Source: an uncultured archaeon (GTDB lineage: Archaea; Asgardarchaeota; Lokiarchaeia; Sigyniarchaeales; Promethearchaeaceae). From it: a DNA stretch of 5,910 nucleotides. A program made the translations under genes and the position numbers. A model generated the notes under the pieces. That model worked only from the letters and a program-made list of their open reading frames with translations. It ran no database searches and was not told where the DNA came from. Below are positions 1 to 4,630 of the stretch, piece after piece; the stretch's first letter is position 1, and each line of letters begins with the position of its first letter. The stretch covers positions 1 to 5,910 of the forward strand of contig CAYRPF010000119.1 in assembly GCA_964426185.1 (NCBI GenBank), read 5' to 3'.

Positions 1-195
1 CATAAAGAACCGAATAAATACATATCGTCCTTTACCATCATAAGTCGATACTCTTTTCCCTTTGGAAACGATATGAGTTTCGTTAAATGGAACAACGGTA
101 TTTCCTCTTAATATAATTAAGCCGATTATCATTAAAATTGCCACGATTACAACAACAACAGTTGTTATTGTACCTGAATTTGATTGAAATAACAT
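1..195 (-). CDS. Probable SPFH/flotillin (band 7)-like membrane protein, N-terminal 65 aa only; continues beyond the left edge
   Basis: Hand translation from ATG at 195 is open to the window edge: MLFQSNSGTITTVVVVIVAILMIIGLIILRGNTVVPFNETHIVSKGKRVSTYDGKGRYVLFRFFM. A single hydrophobic N-terminal helix is followed by VVPxNExHIVS...G.G.YV, which resembles the start of flotillin/SPFH domains. GAGGA (211..207) lies 11 nt upstream of the ATG. The CDS is well supported; the family call is by pattern recall only. Confidence 0.6.
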   Translation of the reverse strand, partial: MLFQSNSGTITTVVVVIVAILMIIGLIILRGNTVVPFNETHIVSKGKRVSTYDGKGRYVFIRFFM

Positions 196-339
196 TTTTT
201 TATATATCCTCGTGTTTTAATATATAACTATTGAACATGGTCTATAAAATCCACTAATCTTTCGTCGGAATTTTTGTATGACCTTTCTTCAATTTAAGTA
301 GATAACTGGGTGTACCTATTTAAACATAATGTCTACTTT

Positions 340-347
340 AAAAAGAA
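340..347 (-). terminator. Possible archaeal oligo-T terminator after the GT2 pair
   Basis: TTCTTTTT on the minus strand about 10 nt after the stop at 357. T-tracts are common in this sequence, so support is weak. Confidence 0.3.
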
Positions 348-356
348 CAATTTCAA

Positions 357-1751
357 TTAATTCAGCTTGTTGGCATTCTTTTCAAGCAGATACCATTTCA
401 TTCTTTTTCCAAACAGTGCTTTCAATGTTCCTATATTTACATGATACAATATTGTGCCCCCATACAGAAATGTGCTTAATATTAATTTGGGAATTAGATG
501 TTTTTTTTTATTTCGAAAAAGCACCAAACTGCTGGTAAAAAATGAAATTTGCGAAAGCAAAAAGACGATTAATAGGTTCAAAAATATCAAAATTAAAGGA
601 AGTGGTGGAAGATAAGGATTGGGAATAATTAACTGCAAAAATCCGAAAATTATTAATAAAGCGAGTAAAAAAGGATAGATGTATCCGGAAACGAATATTA
701 GGACGGAAATTTTATCTATTAACTTTGTTTTTTTAGATTTCCAAACCGCCATGCAATTTCTTCTAAATACAGATACATTCCCGAATGCCCATCGTTTTTG
801 TTGCTTATATGTGTCTTCTAAAGTAAATGGGGCTTCACATTCAACAATTACATCTTCAAGATAGAGCATCTTCTTACCCCGTTTAATTAACTCTAATGAA
901 GCTTCTGCATCTTCAGTGAGACTGCCTTCTCTCCAACCCCCAATTTCTTCAATTGCGGATTTTCGTATGACATAACCAGATCCACCTATATATGAATTTG
1001 CCCCAATTGCTTTTAAAAACGGATATGCGGCATAATGGGTGAAAAAACTAATTGTGCCCCCAAGAAGACTGTATAAATTTTGGTCCAAGTTATGAATCTT
1101 CCAACGAGCTTGAGTGAGTATAAGTGAACTGTCGTTTTCTAAAGGATAGAGCATTTTTCGGAGAAAATTTGGCTGTGGAAGAAAATCTGAATCAAAAACG
1201 GCGATATATTTACCTTTAGATAGGGGCATCATGGCATTTAAATTTCCGGATTTGAATCCAATATTATTTCCTCTTCTACTTATCGTGATTATATCAGGAT
1301 TTTTTGCTGCAAATTTGTCAAGTTCGGTTTGTACATGAGTATCATCACTATCATCACCTATGATTATCTGCATTTTATTTTTAGGATAGTCAAAATTAAA
1401 ACAACATTTAGCACATTGGATTGCAGCTAATTCATTTCGGGTAGGAATCTGAATGGTAACAAAAGGCTCGAAACCATTATCTAATAATGGAGTTTCATGG
1501 TCTCTTCTGAAACAAGCAACTAAAGCCATCGATAGGTATAAAATAGTATGAAGGAGAACTAAAATTAAAATACCATAAAAAAAGATATTGAAAATTTGAT
1601 GAAAAATCAATTGTTCATAAAAACCAGAAACAATTCCGTAAATTACTTGAGGTTTTAGATTAAGAATAAGCCTATCTTTCAAGTTTAATAAGAAACAATT
1701 GTATTTGAGTGAAGTTATCATAATTTTATCCCTCATAAAAAAGAAATTCAC
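357..1751 (-). CDS. Membrane GT2 glycosyltransferase, cellulose-synthase-like processive type (paralog B)
   Basis: 464-aa ORF with PFVTIQIPTRNE, DYP, IIIGDDSDD, GFKSGNLN, FDSDF (DxD), QARW, GGW, LTED and QQKRW (QxxRW). It has an N-terminal hydrophobic segment and about three C-terminal ones. The start is uncertain: 1751 gives an ATGA overlap with the upstream paralog's stop, while 1721 has GAGGG 8 nt upstream. Confidence 0.92.
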   Translation of the reverse strand: MNFFFMRDKIMITSLKYNCFLLNLKDRLILNLKPQVIYGIVSGFYEQLIFHQIFNIFFYGILILVLLHTILYLSMALVACFRRDHETPLLDNGFEPFVTIQIPTRNELAAIQCAKCCFNFDYPKNKMQIIIGDDSDDTHVQTELDKFAAKNPDIITISRRGNNIGFKSGNLNAMMPLSKGKYIAVFDSDFLPQPNFLRKMLYPLENDSSLILTQARWKIHNLDQNLYSLLGGTISFFTHYAAYPFLKAIGANSYIGGSGYVIRKSAIEEIGGWREGSLTEDAEASLELIKRGKKMLYLEDVIVECEAPFTLEDTYKQQKRWAFGNVSVFRRNCMAVWKSKKTKLIDKISVLIFVSGYIYPFLLALLIIFGFLQLIIPNPYLPPLPLILIFLNLLIVFLLSQISFFTSSLVLFRNKKKHLIPKLILSTFLYGGTILYHVNIGTLKALFGKRMKWYLLEKNANKLN

Positions 1752-3142
1752 GCTTCTATATCGAGATCTAATGGCACTTGGCTGTTTCCTTGTTTTTCAA
1801 TCATATACCAAGGAATTTTCCTATTGAACAAGCCACTATATATTCCAATGTTGACATATATGAGTAAACCAATTCCAATTGTAAATGTTCCGAAGAGGAA
1901 CTTTGGAATTAATTTCTGCTGTTTTTTCTCAATTAATACTAAGGAACTCGCAATTAAGGCACCACTTGTAACTAATGTTGACCCAATTGTTCCCAAAATA
2001 AAGCCAATTAGATTAAAAGGAGGTGCAATTGGATTGGGAATAACATTACTGATTAATCCCCAAATAATTAAAAACAGCAAAAAATAAGGGTACAAATAAC
2101 CAGTTGTGAATATAGAAGCGCTTATCTTTTTTCTTTTATTAATATTGGGTGATTTCCATATTTTTAGTAGATTCCGCTTAAATGCAGTAATATTTCCAGA
2201 AGCCCATCTTTTTTGCTGTAGGATTAAATCTTTAAACTTGAAAGGTGCTTCGCATTCAACTAAAACATCAGGAATATAATCTATTGTCTTTCCATTTTTG
2301 ATGAATTCCAAACTAGCCTCAATATCTTCTGTTAAACTACCCACACGCCATCCTCCAATAGACTCTAAATGAGATTTTTTTGTAATATGTCCTGAACCAC
2401 AAATAAATGCGCTTCCCCCAATATGCTGCATAAAGGGAATTGCAATGTAGTGAGTTACATAGGCAGTCATTCCTCCCAATAAACTATAAAAATTTTGAGT
2501 TAAATTAGAGATTTTCCAGCGTGTTTGAACTGCTGCTAATTTGGGGTTATTTCGGAATGGATATAATGCTTTCTTGAGAAAATTTCTTGGAGGTAAGAAA
2601 TCAGAATCAAAAATTGCTATAAAATCCCCCTTAGTAAATTTAAGCATAAAATTTAAATTTCCTGGCTTAAATCCCTCGTTACTTCCACGACGAGTAACTT
2701 TTATTTGATTTGGATGCTTTTGAGTAAAAATATCGATTTGCTTTGAAATTTCTGGATCGTTACTATCATCTCCAATAATTATTTCCATTTTATCTTTGGG
2801 ATAATCAAAATTAAGACAAGCAAGTGCACAATTAATTGCAGCAAGTTCATTATATGTGGGAATTTGGATAGTAACAAATGGTGCTTCATCAAGATTAATT
2901 GATGGGCTTTCAACTTTAGGTTTATTATATGCAATAATTCCCATAATTAAATAAATAGTGGATAAAATCACTACGAATGAGAAAGAAATTTGAATCAAGA
3001 TGTTCAATATCTTGTGAATACGAATTAACCAAGGGACATAAGTAGAATAATTAAGAAAATTAAAAATTGAGTATTTAATTAAGTATAACGGGCAAAATAC
3101 ATAAGAGAATGCATAGAATAACGAGCTATTTGTAAAATTCAT
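1748..3142 (-). CDS. Membrane GT2 glycosyltransferase, cellulose-synthase-like processive type (paralog A)
   Basis: 464-aa ORF with PFVTIQIPTYNE, DYP, IIIGDDSND, GFKPGNLN, FDSDF, QTRW, FICGSG (cf. BcsA FFCGS), GGW, LTED and QQKRW. Membrane topology is the same as paralog B. A weak SD-like GTGAG lies 5 nt before the ATG. Confidence 0.92.
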   Translation of the reverse strand: MNFTNSSLFYAFSYVFCPLYLIKYSIFNFLNYSTYVPWLIRIHKILNILIQISFSFVVILSTIYLIMGIIAYNKPKVESPSINLDEAPFVTIQIPTYNELAAINCALACLNFDYPKDKMEIIIGDDSNDPEISKQIDIFTQKHPNQIKVTRRGSNEGFKPGNLNFMLKFTKGDFIAIFDSDFLPPRNFLKKALYPFRNNPKLAAVQTRWKISNLTQNFYSLLGGMTAYVTHYIAIPFMQHIGGSAFICGSGHITKKSHLESIGGWRVGSLTEDIEASLEFIKNGKTIDYIPDVLVECEAPFKFKDLILQQKRWASGNITAFKRNLLKIWKSPNINKRKKISASIFTTGYLYPYFLLFLIIWGLISNVIPNPIAPPFNLIGFILGTIGSTLVTSGALIASSLVLIEKKQQKLIPKFLFGTFTIGIGLLIYVNIGIYSGLFNRKIPWYMIEKQGNSQVPLDLDIEA

Positions 3143-3163
3143 AAAAACTCACTTTATTGCATC

Positions 3164-3195
3164 ATAAGAACTTTACTATATAGTAAAATTCTTAT
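3164..3195. repeat. 32-bp near-perfect palindrome (15/16 pairs) in the drg-GT2 intergenic region
   Basis: ATAAGAACTTTACTAT|ATAGTAAAATTCTTAT, with a single mismatch at 3171/3188. It ends 21 nt upstream of the GT2 paralog A start. Confidence 0.9.
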
Positions 3196-3249
3196 CTTTA
3201 AAACATATAATTAATTTTTTAATATAAAAATTGGGTAAGAAAATTGCAA

Positions 3250-4386
3250 TTAACGTTTAAGATAGATTGAAACAATATCACCATCTTTTAAAATATGTTC
3301 CATAGAATTGAACTTTTGACCAGGATGTTTAGCAGATGGTCCCCAAATAAGCGCATAGCGATAATTTTGAACAAAAGTTTTATGCAACTTAATGCACAAG
3401 CGTTCGATTGAATCTCCTTCTTTTAAAATAATTGGTTCATCCTTATCAACTTCTTTTCCAGGAGGCTTCAAGTAAACACGGATTAGATGTAGTTGCAGAA
3501 AAATTTGATGGCGTAGATCATCAATATGTTGATTATTTAAGGCAGATATTTTTATCCAGTTATTATGTCCAATTATTTCGCTAATTTGTTCATTCGTATA
3601 TTCGTGTTGTTCTAAGTCTGACTTGTTGATTACTACAAATTCTGAAATATATTTCCGATTACCCAACACGTGATCAATAAGTTGGTCTGCAGTGATATTT
3701 GGCTCAAAGAAGTAAACTGCCGCGTTACTGTATCCCAATTCATTCATCAACGCCTTTACTTCATCTTGATCCATTATCTGTTTACCATTATACGTAAATC
3801 CAATTCCCCCGCGTGTTCTGGGTTTAATTTGAATTCTGGGTGGTTTTTGATTCAATCTTATACCGGCATCATATAATTCTTTTCGAATTTGAAAAAGATG
3901 CTCAAAATCAATCTTTCCGTTGTACTGAAAAGCAATCAATATTAATATCAAATCAGCATTACGGGCAGCAGCAATAATTTCACGACCTCGACCTTTTCCC
4001 GCTGCGGCGCCTAAAATAATTCCGGGAAGGTCGATCAGCTGAATTTGAGCATCTTCTATTTTCATCATACCCGGTATAGCTTGCAATGTGGTAAAATCGT
4101 AGGAGGCTACTTTAGAATTGGTATTTCCTCTGGTTAATAGATTTAAGAGAGAGGATTTTCCCACACTAGGAAAGCCAATGAAAGCCACTTGAGCATCCCC
4201 TGTTTTTTTAACTCCGAAACCTGAACCTCCACCCTTTTTGGAACTGGCAATTTTTAGCAAGTCATTACGTAGTTTGGCAATTTGGGCTTTAGTGTAGTTG
4301 ATGGCTTTTTGGGTTGCTTTATTCTTTTGGGTTCTAGCTAATCTTTCTTCAAATTCTCGGATTTTTTCTTCAATTTTTTCGCTGAT
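3250..4386 (-). CDS. drg: DRG/RBG1-family (OBG superfamily) ribosome-associated GTPase with C-terminal TGS domain; proposed non-canonical ATC start, 378 aa
   Basis: G1 GFPSVGKS, G2 YDFTTL, G3 DLPG, GKGRGR, G4 NKSD, G5 ISA, ELxxxGIRLN, and a TGS domain ([14 protein letters not shown]...HILKDGDIV). The frame stays open upstream of the track's TTG (4260) to a TAG at 4410..4408 and encodes the DRG N-terminal helices ([24 protein letters not shown]...KAQIAKLR). The family call is near certain; the exact start codon is inferred. Confidence 0.93.
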   Translation of the reverse strand: [378 protein letters not shown]

Positions 4387-4396
4387 GGACCGGCCG

Positions 4397-4402
4397 CCTC
4401 CT
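4397..4402 (-). promoter_or_regulatory. Shine-Dalgarno motif (AGGAGG) for drg
   Basis: The plus strand reads cctcct, i.e. AGGAGG on the minus strand, 10 nt before the in-frame ATC at 4386 where DRG homology begins. Confidence 0.7.
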
Positions 4403-4537
4403 ATTTCCTAACTGGTAGTTACAATCAAAAGTAATACATTCTCAAAAAATTTTTACCTCTGGCTTTATTGCTTTTATTGTTGGGAGTTTTACATGAATAT
4501 TTTTTCCCCCTAGTGAACCATCAAAGAAAGGATAGCC

Positions 4538-4545
4538 TTTTAATA
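4538..4545 (+). promoter_or_regulatory. Candidate archaeal TATA box (TTTTAATA) for glyA
   Basis: Resembles the archaeal TTTAWATA consensus and has a purine-rich stretch upstream. TATAAATA at 4560-4567 is an alternative. Evidence is weak in an AT-rich background. Confidence 0.35.
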
Positions 4546-4617
4546 GGAGGTGAGTAATGTATAAATAACAAGGAATTATCACGGGCGAATTCATAAGCTT
4601 TAGTGATTTCTCTTGAC

Positions 4618-4623
4618 AGAGGT
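4618..4623 (+). promoter_or_regulatory. Shine-Dalgarno-like motif (AGAGGT) for glyA
   Basis: AGAGGT lies 7 nt upstream of ATG 4631. Confidence 0.6.
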
Positions 4624-4630
4624 TGGAAAA

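Noticed and set aside
296-338. Inverted repeat AAGTAGA (296-302) / TCTACTT (332-338) in the GT2-SPFH gap
   Set aside because: Only 7 bp, AT-rich, with a 29-nt spacer; compatible with chance.
329-538. 69-aa plus-strand ORF
   Set aside because: Antisense to the GT2-B 3' end, with no recognisable motif; a shadow ORF.
679-864. 61-aa plus-strand ORF
   Set aside because: Entirely antisense within GT2-B; no independent support.
1824-2087. 87-aa plus-strand ORF
   Set aside because: Antisense to the TM-coding part of GT2-A; its K/N/I/P-rich composition mirrors hydrophobic codons on the other strand.
357-3142. GT2 pair as a recently transferred island (looks more AT-rich than glyA and drg)
   Set aside because: Only an impression by eye. 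Ile/Phe/Leu/Lys-rich membrane proteins lower GC anyway, and no integrase, tRNA, transposase or flanking direct repeats are visible.
3670-3876. 68-aa plus-strand ORF
   Set aside because: Antisense within drg; no motif.
3250-4260. ORF-track start of the GTPase at TTG 4260
   Set aside because: It would delete the conserved DRG N-terminal helices encoded in-frame at 4261-4386 and has no SD.
4408-4428. TAG readthrough or recoding from an in-frame TTG at 4428 as the drg start
   Set aside because: The extension (LIVTTS*EIGGGRS) shows no DRG similarity, the TTG has no SD, and nothing in the window supports amber recoding. The SD+ATC explanation is simpler.
3152-4471. Shared 9-mer CTTTATTGC upstream of GT2-A (3152-3160) and drg (4463-4471)
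   Set aside because: A short AT-rich word at very different distances from the two starts; not distinguishable from chance.
4411-4630. ZTP (pfl), THF or glycine riboswitch upstream of glyA
   Set aside because: I could not find the conserved cores I recall for these families, and the region is AT-rich with little stem potential. An Rfam/Infernal scan would be decisive.
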